The notes beneath the pieces are model-generated. The model did no database searches and was not told the origin of the DNA. It worked only from the letters and a program-made list of their open reading frames with translations. The translations under genes and the position numbers were made by a program. From Octopus bimaculoides (lineage: Eukaryota): a DNA stretch of 64,000 nucleotides. Location of the stretch: the NCBI RefSeq assembly GCF_001194135.2, contig NC_068985.1, positions 71,976,224-72,040,223 of the forward strand. The letters are read 5' to 3'. The first letter of the stretch is position 1. Every line of letters starts with the position of its first letter. Of this stretch, positions 38,856-51,034 are shown piece after piece.

Positions 38856-41444
38856 CTTTTTTTCAACTCCTTTCCTTGGACCTGAGTCAATAATAAAGGC
38901 TTTAAACAGTTGCCTGACCTTCTACATACATAGCAGCCAAATCTCATTGAATCTTATTGTTTGAAAACAAATGAACATTTTGAATAACAAAATACAGTAT
39001 ACCTGGAAATTAATTAAGGTGGTCATGGCATGACTATCTTACATTATTAGCCTAACCAGTCAGGACTGAGTTGGGAGTAAACAACAGCCATATCTGGTGA
39101 TTTGCTGTACTTGAGAAGACACATCAAGCTTAGTAAAACTGCGGTCATCCATACATACGGGCATGTCCTTTATGGCCATACCCCACTCCTTTTCCCAGCT
39201 GAGAGGTCTTTGTATTGTCGGTGCCAGTGCCACATAAAATGCATTTGTGCCATGTAAAGTGCACTCATGCCAGTGTCATGTAAAAGCACCCATGCCAGTA
39301 GCAGTTAAAAAGCACCTAGTACCCTATGTAAAGTGGTTGGTGTTAGGAATGGCATCCAGCTCTAGAAACTATGCCAACATAGACAATTGGAGCCTGAGCA
39401 GCTCTCTGGCTGGCCAGCTCCTGTCAAACTGTCCAACCTATGTCTGCATGGAAAATGGACCTGAAATGATAATGATGATGATATATTTCTCATTTTAAGA
39501 GTCTGGTAAATGATGGTTCCTTTCAAATTCAATGCTAACCTAATTTTCATGAGACTCTACTTGCATTACTGGAGTAAGAATAGCAAGATGGTTGTATGGG
39601 CACTGCAGTAACTACTTGCTCATAAGTGATGAGCTTCAGAAAATTAATATGTGGTAAATGGATGTGAAGGTGGCAAGATTCTTCTCAGGTCTCAGTTCAA
39701 AATAGGATATTAAAAATACATAAAAGTGACCAGAAAGTTTGAAGGCCTCCATTTGACAAGAGACAAGAAATAAGATTTTGGCTGACCACTTGAGAATAAT
39801 GTATAATGCCTGCAAGCCCAGTTGAACTGAAATACCTGAATCAGAAAATATGAATGACAAGATGAAGAAATAACAACAAAAGAATATAAATCTTCAGCAA
39901 TTTAACAATTTATTTCTACTTATAGAAAAAGAAGTAAAGACTAAATTCATTTAAATTTTAGTCCTCCTGTCAAGAACAACATACATACATAATAGTAAAA
40001 CTGAATCAGCACATGAGGTACTCTAGAAAAAAATGAATATTACAAAATTTGGTGGGTGAGAAAGAAAGTACATGTTCAATGCAATGCAAGAGATGAAAGC
40101 CCATATAAAATTTTTCATTTTATATAATAAGAAAAGTTGTATGTCTGCTTTCAACAACATATAAAACGTAAGTATTAGATGGTGCAGCCAATAACTTGTA
40201 ATTTCATTCTTCTTGGATAAAAAAGAATTTCAGTACACCAATAAGATATTCACACTGAAAAGAATTATAAGTATGTTATGAGAAAGAGAAAAGAAGTCTT
40301 TACATCTGACCATATTAATGTGGGTTTTGATATTTCATTCAGCAGGAAGGATAGTTCATTCACAGTGTCATTCCTTGTTTGTGTTCTGATAGTGACTGGT
40401 TTATTTCAACTGCATGGTACAATGTATTCAATGGGGAAAAAGGCATGACATGATATGTTTTTAGCTTATGTCACAGTAAAATTAGCTTACTAAATAGTTG
40501 GTTGGATGTGTAACTATCAAGAAGGCCAAACATAGGTTAGCCACAAGTTCAAACCAGCTGCTGGTATTTCACTGTATTTTTTTGGTAAATCATTCAATTC
40601 TACATTTCCTTCAGTTCACCTTGTTGTTAGGGTATAGGTAAAAGTTTATCTGGGAATTTTACACAGAAGAGACAGCTGTCGTAACCAGGACAAAAATTTA
40701 TTTGTTATCTGCTTCACACTATCATATGAGAGCTAAGCAACAACTCTTTAAATATCTTTAGGGCATTGTTGGTATTTATATTTTATAACTCACCAGAAGA
40801 TTGTATAGAGAAGGTATATAATCAATGAAACTAATTTCCAATATGTTAATGGTACTTCTTTCATTGAACAAGAGAGCTTATCTGTAGTTGCTTGATCTGA
40901 CAGAAATAGCAGTCAAATCTCTCATAAATCAAGCCTTTATGATCATGGCTTTTCTTAGTTAGGACTCTCCCTTTTATTCACATAATCTTTGTCATATGCC
41001 TCAAAAGTGATAGGATGGTCACAGCTGAAATATCACATGGTCTGAGTTCTTCTCAATAGAGCTAATCTCTATTATCATAGGGATTTCAGTCAGTGGCTAT
41101 TACTACTTCCAGATCTTATATTTGTATAATTTCTCCATTTCTTTTAAAGATGGCTTATCATTTGTTGGAACTGATATTTAAATCAAGTGGCACTTCTCTT
41201 CTTAATGGTCATTAACAACATTATCTAACTAATTTGTATTGATTTATCTGTCTGTATGGATTAGCATATCCCAGAGTATGATCACTTCACCATTGTCTGA
41301 TAACTTTTCTGTTGTATGTTCATATTATCTATTTGTCTGTTATTTCATATTGCATTTCTTATTATCTGTTACTATTGTGACAGAAAAAAAAAAAGAACCT
41401 TACAAATTCTTATTATTATTGTTATTTGTATTAATATTATTATT

Positions 41445-41873
41445 AAGGCAGTGAGCTGACAGAATTGTTAGCACGCTGGGCAAAATACTTAGTATTTCAT
41501 CTGTCTTTACATTATGAGTTCAGATTCTGCTGAGGTCAGCTTTGCTTTTCATCCTTTCAGGGTCAATAAAATAAATACCAGTTGAGTACTGAAGTCAATG
41601 TAATTAAATAGCCCCCTCTCACAAATTTCAGGCATTATGCCTATAGTAAAAAGCATCATCATTATTATTATTATTATTCAGGCAGAATCATTAACATACT
41701 GGACAAAATGCCTAACAGCATTTCTTTGGGTTCTTCATGTTCTGCATTTAAATCCTGAAGTCAACTTACTTTCACAGGGTCAATAAAATAAGCACCAGTT
41801 GAACACTGGGGTCAATGTAATTAACTTACCCCTTGTCCCTAAAATTGGTAGCTTTTTGCCAATGTTTGAAATA
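41445..41873 (+). mobile_element. Two head-to-tail SINE family B copies
   Basis: Copies at 41445-41653 and 41679-41873, joined by (ATT)n and carrying different 3' tails. Confidence 0.75.
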
Positions 41874-41923
41874 ATTATAATAATAATAATGATGATGATA
41901 TAATAATAATAATAATAATGATA

Positions 41924-41994
<71 letters not shown>

Positions 41995-42020
41995 TAATTA
42001 TTATTATTATTATTATTATT

Positions 42021-42393
42021 ATTACCTCCACCTTAGTGGAGGCGGAGGTATTGTTTACAGTTGTGTTTGTTTGTTTGTTCATGGACAAGATATCTCAAGA
42101 ACCACTGGATGGATTCAAATGAAACTTTGAGGGATGTTTGGCTTTGTGACTAGCATAAACTGATTAGATTTTGGGATCAATCCAGTACCAGACAAGGATT
42201 CTGGATTATTTTTCTGTTTTTTTTTTGTTTTTTTTACTTAATTTTTGAGAGCAGTTGAGTTCATTTGTAGTATTCTCATTTGTGAGAGCAGTTGAGTTTA
42301 TATCAGATATTCTCATTTTAAAAATTATTTCCAGCTAATTGTCGAGAGGATGTTAGTGTTGCCTTGGCGGAGGTTTGCGCTCTCTGAGTGCTC

Positions 42394-42398
<5 letters not shown>
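42021..42398 (+). mobile_element. Helentron-associated non-autonomous element (HINE/DINE-like)
   Basis: Subterminal inverted repeat acctccacc/ggcggaggt (5' hairpin plus a 3' copy at 42366-42374), (GTTT)n, a 2 x 37-bp internal repeat, and 3' hairpin gcgctctctgagtgc. Inserted in (ATT)n. Confidence 0.75.
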
Positions 42399-42427
<29 letters not shown>

Positions 42428-42442
42428 CACTATTATTATTAC

Positions 42443-42596
42443 GTCAGGCAAAATGCTTTGTGGCATTCCTTCTGTTTTTACTTTCTGAGTTCAAATTCTG
42501 CCGAGGTCAACTTTGCCTTTCATCCTTTCAGGATCAATAAATTAAGTACCACTGAAATACTGGGGTCGATGTGACCAACTGTCCTCTTCCCCAAAA

Positions 42597-42600
<4 letters not shown>
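42443..42600 (+). mobile_element. SINE family B (5'-truncated)
   Basis: Core gagttcaaattctgccgaggtcaactttgcctttcatcctttc, with (ATT)n on both sides. Confidence 0.75.
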
Positions 42601-42644
<44 letters not shown>

Positions 42645-43587
42645 GTTTGACTGTCTTACTGTGGTAATTGTTAATGCCCAAAACAACTTACACGATACAT
42701 ATTTAAACCATCAGCTTCTTTCCAGTCTTTAGAGCTTCTTCCAACCCCATTGGAGTAATTGTTATGACAAATGCTTTGTTTCAGTAATGGATTCAAAGTG
42801 ACCAACTAAAATAGAACAAAACAGAGATTTCTCCAAATCCCACTGTTTCTTAAAAAAAAAAACTCTCTTGTCAATCCTTTTGGTGATAATTTTCATTGAA
42901 ATATATCTATGTTTTTTGTTGTTGTTGTTGTTGTTGTTGTCATCGTCTTCTTCTTCTTCTTCTTCTCGTCATCATCATCATCATCATCAAATATCATTAT
43001 TCATTGAACAACCTAACAGTAGTTCAATTGGGAATAGAATAGTCAAACTGTTTCCTTAGATAATGCTACTATTTGAAATGTCAATAAATTAAAGAAAACT
43101 TGATATGTGTATTCAAGAATTTCTAATAATGAAGTGTTTATCCTATAATCTCAGTTCCATATTTATTTTCTCTCTCCACCTGATCCACTCCACCTGCACA
43201 ACTTAACCATTTGCCTTTTCCTTTTAACCACACACTATTCTATCACAATGAGACACTTTCAACATTATAAGGTTGTGACTGGGGTAGGAGAGAAGCTAGA
43301 TGGAATAGGTTGTGTGTATGTGTATCATAAAAACTCTCCTCTACCACTACTTTCCTTTACACCTTAATCCTACACAATTCCCCCACACTACCAGTCGTTT
43401 TCTTTCTTTCATTTTTTTTTTCTTTTTTTAATAGCTGCCATGCAACGTTGAGGTTTCTAGTAAATATTTGGTTGTTGAAATTAAAGTCATCTTCCATCAC
43501 TGATGTTTGTGACAAACTGTTTTGATATACTTGAACAAATGCAGCATACTGACAAACATCACATTTGTGTGTGCTTGTGTGTGTATG

Positions 43588-43620
<33 letters not shown>

Positions 43621-43641
43621 GTATATATATATATATGTGTA

Positions 43642-43674
<33 letters not shown>

Positions 43675-43933
43675 GTGTGTGTATATATATAAAATCTTAA
43701 TGTTTGTTTTTATGTTCAGTTATAACAGAAACAATTTTACATTAGTCTGATGAGTTACTCTATACTTTTGTAGAGTACAAATTTATTCTTCTTAAAAAAG
43801 GTTGTTGTTGACTGTGACTTCGAAGTTCCAACCAGCTCATCCATCATCAGACTGCAGTGGGAAGGTGGCTTAGCTTGCTAGAAATTTGTTTAAGAATAAT
43901 TGTCATCATTCACTTTATCACATATTTGAGAAT

Positions 43934-44241
43934 TTAGCTTCTTCTTTGCTGGATCCTTCTTTTATGGTGATGGCATTGATGACTCTGTAGATCAGTTCTT
44001 GCATAAAGGAGTTGATGGCATTGACTGCATGGTACTGGTGGTGGAGGTTGAGATTGATTTTGTTGAATCTTTCTCTCTTGTCATTTGATTTCTTCCTTTT
44101 CTCTTCTGGTGGCTTCAAAGTTTTTGGTTCCAATCGTGATTGAACACTGCTGCTTGATACAGTCTCGGAGTTGTGTTTCAAATGATTTAGGCTCAAGTCC
44201 AGTGGCTTCCAGTGTTGCTTTGAGTTGGTCCTTGTATCTTA
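43934..44241 (-). pseudogene. RTE-clade LINE ORF C-terminus
   Basis: One frame with one internal stop: RYKDQLKATLEATGLEPKSFE..GTKNFEA..K*QERK..CSQCHQLLYARTDLQSHQCHH, a C2H2-like finger typical of RTE ORF ends. Confidence 0.75.
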
Positions 44242-44514
44242 TTTAATAATATCAGTCTTAAGGTAGCAAGCTGGCAGTATGCAGGTAAAATACATTTAGC
44301 AGCATTTCATATGGCTCAACGTTTAAAGTTTAAATACTGCCAAGGTAGACTTTGTCTTTTATCAGTTGAGCAATGGGGTTGATGTAATTGACTATCCCCT
44401 TCCCACTCAAAATTTCAAGCATTGTTCCAACATGAGTTAAACAGTTTGACAAGATTCAATATGTGTATCAGAGGACTGCATTGAGCTCCAGTGCGTCTTT
44501 TGGTGTGGCTTTTA

Positions 44515-44548
<34 letters not shown>

Positions 44549-44865
44549 CCCTGCCTAATGCCAATCATTTTACATAATGTACTGCAGTGGGGTTTTTCAT
44601 AACACCATCATTAGTGAGGTTACCAAGTAACCTACAAAACAAAGAAAAAAACCTCATCAACTGAGTTAGGTTGTAGTAAAAAAAAATGTGGCTTGATGAA
44701 GATGGTGGGAGGCTAAAGTATGACAGAGTGTCAGACATGGGTATTTTGCTTTAGAAATACTACACGACTACTCCTGCATTATATGCTGCACAAGAGATTG
44801 GGAAAACATTTTGGTATTATTTACTCACAATTACACATGTTTCAGTTCCAAATGGGAGTTAAAAT

Positions 44866-45007
44866 ATTGTACATGTAGTATAAAACATGTAAGATATTTC
44901 CTATTAGAACTTCTTCAGACAGAGAATTAAATAATATTATTATTTGATTCTCTGTCTGAAGATTTTCTAATAGGAGATTTCTTAGATGTTTAACCTACAT
45001 GTACAAT
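44866..45007. repeat. Fold-back inverted repeat, ~70-bp arms, 3-nt loop
   Basis: Arms attgtacatgtag...cagacagagaattaaataat and its reverse complement, about 85% identical by eye. Confidence 0.85.
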
Positions 45008-46102
45008 TTTGTAACTCGTTTTAACAAATGAAACATGTGTAATGGTGACTAAATAATACTCAAAACAAATTCTTTCAGTTTCCTATTTTGATATATAATT
45101 TATCTACAGAAAATATTTTCCAGGGTCTTATGAATATGTCACACAAATTTAACATCTAAGCACAGATTTGGAATACTGGAATAAGTAGGTGTGCTTCAAG
45201 ATGATACAGCATGTATTTTAACTCTATCTACATTATATATTTATATATGCACACAAAGATACACACATCTTTATATAGAAGATTATCTGTTAGAAAGGGG
45301 GAGGTGAACCCATGCCCACATTCATAGAACAGAACTTAGGTGCTGCATGTTCAACTGTTGGGCCATATGTGTGTGTATAATGTATGTGTGTGGGTGTGTG
45401 TATATATATATATATATATATTGAGAGGAAAACATATTGCATGCAAACATGAATATCTCTGTTTACTTTTGCTTTACTGCGTGTGTGTGTGTGTGTGTGT
45501 GTATTTATACACACACATTACCCATTTTTATATTCTTGCATACATGAACAAACACACTCACACAAATGTCAGTGATCCTACATATATACTCACATTTATT
45601 TATATTGAAGATCAACAAAAGAAGTTGTTTATTTTTTAATTTAACTGTCTGTATACACACACCATAAAATACTTGACAGTAAACATTTAGCTGTTTTTCT
45701 TTTATGCTATGTGTGTATGATTGTAATATGTAAATACACAATCTATAAGCACAATCTCTAATGCAAATGATATTTACTCTATGTGTATATTTTAGAGTGA
45801 AAAGTGTAGCTTAATCTGTATATGTTACCAATACACACATGTTCACACATACATATGCATTTATTGCAAACAGCACAGAACACATTGTGTGTTATGGGGT
45901 GGGAGAGGTGTAAGAGTAGAACATCCTCATTGATAAGGTCACAGATTGTGATGAAAGAACTCTAAAAGAACTCAATTAAACAATTAGTTAATTAATTTAC
46001 CAATTAGTTAACTAATTATCTAATTAATTGATAATAAAACTTATGCGAAATATAAACAGTGCTTCTGTTTCTATTTACTTTATGGCCCTCCCAAAGTACA
46101 AC

Positions 46103-46152
<50 letters not shown>

Positions 46153-46356
46153 ACACTTGTATATGGGTGTGTTCATGTATGTATCTGTATGTAAATACTT
46201 ACGTTTATGTAAATATATACATTCACTTATTTGTTCATTTGGTCCCAACATATAATAGTTTGACACAAGATTTTATATCATAAACCATTTAAAACTAATA
46301 CAAAACTAGACATATGCCTACTTATAAAACTATCTGTACATACATATATGTATATA

Positions 46357-46625
46357 TCATCATCATCATCATCATCTAATGTCTGTTGTCTATACTGGCA
46401 TGGGTTGGATGGTTTGACCAGGGCTAGTAAACTGGAAGGCTGCACCAGGCTTCAGTCTGATTTAGCATGGTTTTCTATGGTTGGCTGCCCTTCCTAATGC
46501 CAACCACTCCATTTGCACAACACCAGTATCTGCCACGGCTGCGATTTTGCTTGGCTTGATGGGTCTTCTTCTCAAGCACAACATAATGCCAAAGGTCTCA
46601 GTCATTGCCTCTGTGAGGCCCAACA
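46357..46625 (-). mobile_element. Family C copy
   Basis: (CAT)n tail plus ggcatgggttggatggtttgac...gctgcccttcctaatgccaaccactcc. Confidence 0.75.
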
Positions 46626-46643
46626 CTCATGTATATGTATATA

Positions 46644-46679
<36 letters not shown>

Positions 46680-46911
46680 TATATATAATGATATTAATAA
46701 TAATAATAAAGGAGTTACAACGCAAAAACGTATATATTTAAATGAACATATTTATCTTCTTCAATATATATTTCAGTATGAAGAATTCATTAAGAGACTT
46801 AATAAATCAAAATTTCTTTACACATATTCAGGAAAAATAAATATAACACCAGAAAACTACATTCAGTTTAAAAATACAAACCGTTCATGGTGAAAAAATT
46901 AATTAATTAAT

Positions 46912-47145
46912 TAATAATTGATGAAAGAAACAGAAGATAGATTTAGCACTAGTCTTTATTCAGTACAATGGTTGCTTCGACCCATCCTGCAACTGTCCAT
47001 TATGGGTAGGATTTTGTACATCTAATTGTGCTGCATGTGCAAAATCCTACCCATAACGGACAGTTGCAGGATGGGTTGAAATGATCATCATACCGAATAA
47101 AGACTAATGCCAAATCTACCTTCTGTTTCCCTTCATCAATTATTA
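46912..47145. repeat. Inverted repeat, ~110-bp arms, 13-nt loop
   Basis: Inner 45-bp arms at 46977-47021 and 47035-47079 have 3 mismatches. The outer arms remain alignable to 46912 and 47145. Confidence 0.85.
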
Positions 47146-47896
47146 TCATCTCAACTAACACTGCATAATTCCTGAAGTAGATCCAGCGGAAATATACCCC
47201 AACTGTAGATGACACCAGTTAGCCCAAACTGTGAGCATGCTTTACTTAACACACTAATTGATATATACCCATTAGTCCAAAATATTACACATATATATAA
47301 ACATACACACATACATGGACACATGCAGGCGCCTGTGTGTGTTTGCGTGCCTACATATATATTTATATATATATATATATATNNNNNNNNNNNNNNNNNN
47401 NNNNNNNNNNNNNNNNNNNNNNNNNNNNNNNNNNNNNNNNNNNNNNNNNNNNNNNNNNNNNNNNNNNNNNNNNNNNNNNNNNNNNNNNNNNNNNNNNNNN
47501 NNNNNNNNNNNNNNNNNNNNNNNNNNNNNNNNNNNNNNNNNNNNNNNNNNNNNNNNNNNNNNNNNNNNNNNNNNNNNNNNNNNNNNNNNNNNNNNNNNNN
47601 NNNNNNNNNNNNNNNNNNNNNNNNNNNNNNNNNNNNNNNNNNNNNNNNNNNNNNNNNNNNNNNNNNNNNNNNNNNNNNNNNNNNNNNNNNNNNNNNNNNN
47701 NNNNNNNNNNNNNNNNNNNNNNNNNNNNNNNNNNNNNNNNNNNNNNNNNNNNNNNNNNNNNNNNNNNNNNNNNNNNNNNNNNNNNNNNNNNNNNNNNNNN
47801 NNNNNNNNNNNNNNNNNNNNNNNNNNNNNNNNNNNNNNNNNNNNNNNNNNNNNNNNNNNNNNNNNNNNNNNNNNNATATATATATATATATATATA

Positions 47897-48089
47897 GAAA
47901 ACAATTAAGGTACTCAGAAATCTGGATGTTTGTACAGTAAACATTTAGCGCTTTTCACCTAATCGTGTAGGATTTTTAAATCCTACACGATTAGTGAAAA
48001 GCGGTTTATTTATTTTATAAAACATGTGACATTAATAAAAATCTGTAAATGTACAAACATCCAGATTTCTGAGTACCTTAATTTTTTTC
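47897..48089. mobile_element. Fold-back MITE-like element flanked by TA
   Basis: Perfect 34-bp inverted repeat at 47903-47936 / 48050-48083 (44 bp with 1 mismatch), plus an inner hairpin at 47949-48003. Confidence 0.75.
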
Positions 48090-48345
48090 TATATAATTTC
48101 TGTATATAGTGAGTGAGATGTGTGTTGATACAGTTTAACTATGTATTGTGTATTGCCAGTTTATAAGTACCATGTAATAACTGTTCTTTAGTATCACAGT
48201 CTTTTATTTACAACCACAACTAAATATAATTTACCAGCATTCATTAAATTTACATCCACTGAACTACTGATTGGAAAAATCTAATCTGATTCTCCCTCAT
48301 GCTTACAAGAGAAAATGGAGGTTCAACAAAATAAACAATATATTT

Positions 48346-48730
48346 AGGTGGCAGCATGGCTGTGTGGTAAGAAGCTTGCTTCTCAACCACATGGTTCCAG
48401 GTTCTTGGGCAAGTGTTTTCTACTCTGTCCTTGGGCCAACCAAAGCCTTGTTACTGGATATGGTAGATGGAAACTAAGAGAAGCCCGTCATATATATGTG
48501 TGTGTTTTTTTGTGTCTGTGTTTGTGCCCCCCCCCATCACTGCTTGACAACCAGTGTTGGTGTATTTACATCCCTGTAACTTAGCAGTTCAGTAAAAGAG
48601 ACTGATAGAATAAGTACAAGACTTAACAAGAAATAAGTCCTGGGATCAATTTCTTCAACCTATACCCTTCAAGGTAGTGCTCCTGCATGGCCACAGTCAA
48701 ATGACTGAAATAAGTAAAAGTGTAAAAGAA
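48346..48730 (+). mobile_element. SINE family A
   Basis: Full copy with a short deletion in the head. Confidence 0.8.
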
Positions 48731-48801
48731 TATGAACAAAGAAATACACACACACACAGACATACACACACACAGACATACACATGTAAATTAGAATTAG
48801 G

Positions 48802-49215
48802 TTACTCTTTTACTCTTTTACTCTTTACTTGTTTCAGTCTTTTGACTGTGGCCATGCTGGAGCACCGCCTTTAGTCGAACGAATCGACCCCAGGACTTAT
48901 TCTTTAGAAGTCTAGTACTTATTCTATCGGTCTCTTTTGCCGAACCGCTAAGTTACGGGGACATAAACACACCAGCATCGGTTGTCAAGCGATGTTGGGG
49001 GAACAAACACAGACACACAAACACACACACACACACACACATATATATACATATATACGATGGGCTTCTTTCAGTTTCCGTCTACCAAATCCACTCACAA
49101 GGCTTTGGTCGGCCCGAGGCTATAGTAGAAGACACTTCCCCAATATGCCATGCAGTGGGACTGAACCCGGGACCATGTGGTTGGTAAGCAAGCTACTTAC
49201 CACACAGCCACTCCT
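48802..49215 (-). mobile_element. SINE family A, young-looking copy
   Basis: Retains many CpGs (gtcgaacgaatcgaccc, gccgaaccgctaagttacgggg). Tail-to-tail with 48346-48730. Confidence 0.85.
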
Positions 49216-49837
49216 AAGGTTGTCTATAAAATTTACTTATTCATATGAATTTTAGGGTTTAGTAGGAATTTATGCTTATGTAGATTTTGCCAATAGGTGT
49301 TCTGACTTGAGGTGAAAATAATTATGTGTGGTTTTAAGAGTAGAATCTACCAAAAAATTTTTAATCATCCATTAATCTAGCTACCACTTTTTCTTTTGAT
49401 TGAATCCAGATCTATTTTTCTTTCTCATGCATAACTTCTGTTTATAATTAATACTATATTTCTCAACTGAATTTTGGAATTTCACCATTCCATTATTATT
49501 TCCTCTGTAAAATTCTCACATTAGCTTTAAGGATATAACATGCTCTTACAGCTATAGAACATGCTGTCTACCAGCAAAATCACTGAGTAACAGCTAACCA
49601 CACACTGGCAAGTGTGTATACTCACACACACACACACAGAGGATCTTGAGACTGATCTTTACTGCCATTACTGTGTATGTGTGTCTATCTAAATTGCACT
49701 TCATATTTGAGGCTCTAAAGAAGCTATAAGGTGTTACTCAGGAACTCAACTATGAGTCCACTGCATCTTGTAGCAGAAACAGCCGTAAGCCAAGGAAGTT
49801 CATACATTAATTGTTTATTGCTTTGTCATTTCGTTTT

Positions 49838-49873
<36 letters not shown>

Positions 49874-50270
49874 GGCACATGGCCTCATTGTTATGGTGTT
49901 GTGCTCACAATCACTAGATCATGAGTTTGATTTCTGGACCAAGCAGCACATTGTGTTCTTAAGCAAAACACTTCATTTCACATTGCTCTATGGGTGAGAG
50001 ATTGACAGAATTGTTGGAATGTCGACAGAAATGCATTACAGTATATCTTCTGGCTTTCTACATTCTGAGTTCAAATCTCACCTGCTTCAGAAGGCAATGG
50101 GGAACCACTCCAGGATTCATCCTAAGTTTAGTCATGGTAGCTGAAGCTCCAGTAAACTACTTTTACAGCAGCAGGAGAAGGTATGAGACCCCTCAGATCT
50201 TATAGGGAGTGCCCGGAGAAGTGGAGAAGGTTCACATGCACAGGATGTGCCCAAGTGCAGACCACCACTA

Positions 50271-50314
<44 letters not shown>

Positions 50315-50969
50315 GTAGATATTTATATATGCATATCTATGTGTGTGTGTTTGTGTGTGTGTATATATATATATANNNNNNNNNNNNNNNNNNNNNNNNN
50401 NNNNNNNNNNNNNNNNNNNNNNNNNNNNNNNNNNNNNNNNNNNNNNNNNNNNNNNNNNNNNNNNNNNNNNNNNNNNNNNNNNNNNNNNNNNNNNNNNNNN
50501 NNNNNNNNNNNNNNNNNNNNNNNNNNNNNNNNNNNNNNNNNNNNNNNNNNNNNNNNNNNNNNNNNNNNNNNNNNNNNNNNNNNNNNNNNNNNNNNNNNNN
50601 NNNNNNNNNNNNNNNNNNNNNNNNNNNNNNNNNNNNNNNNNNNNNNNNNNNNNNNNNNNNNNNNNNNNNNNNNNNNNNNNNNNNNNNNNNNNNNNNNNNN
50701 NNNNNNNNNNNNNNNNNNNNNNNNNNNNNNNNNNNNNNNNNNNNNNNNNNNNNNNNNNNNNNNNNNNNNNNNNNNNNNNNNNNNNNNNNNNNNNNNNNNN
50801 NNNNNNNNNNNNNNNNNNNNNNNNNNNNNNNNNNNNNNNNNNNNNNNNNNNNNNNNNNNNNNNNNNNNNNNNNNNNNNNNNNNNNNNNNNNNNNNNNNNN
50901 NNNNNNNNNNNNNNNNNNNNNNNNNNNNNNNNNNNNNNNNNNNNNNNNNNNNNNNNNNNNNNNNNNNNN

Positions 50970-51034
<65 letters not shown>

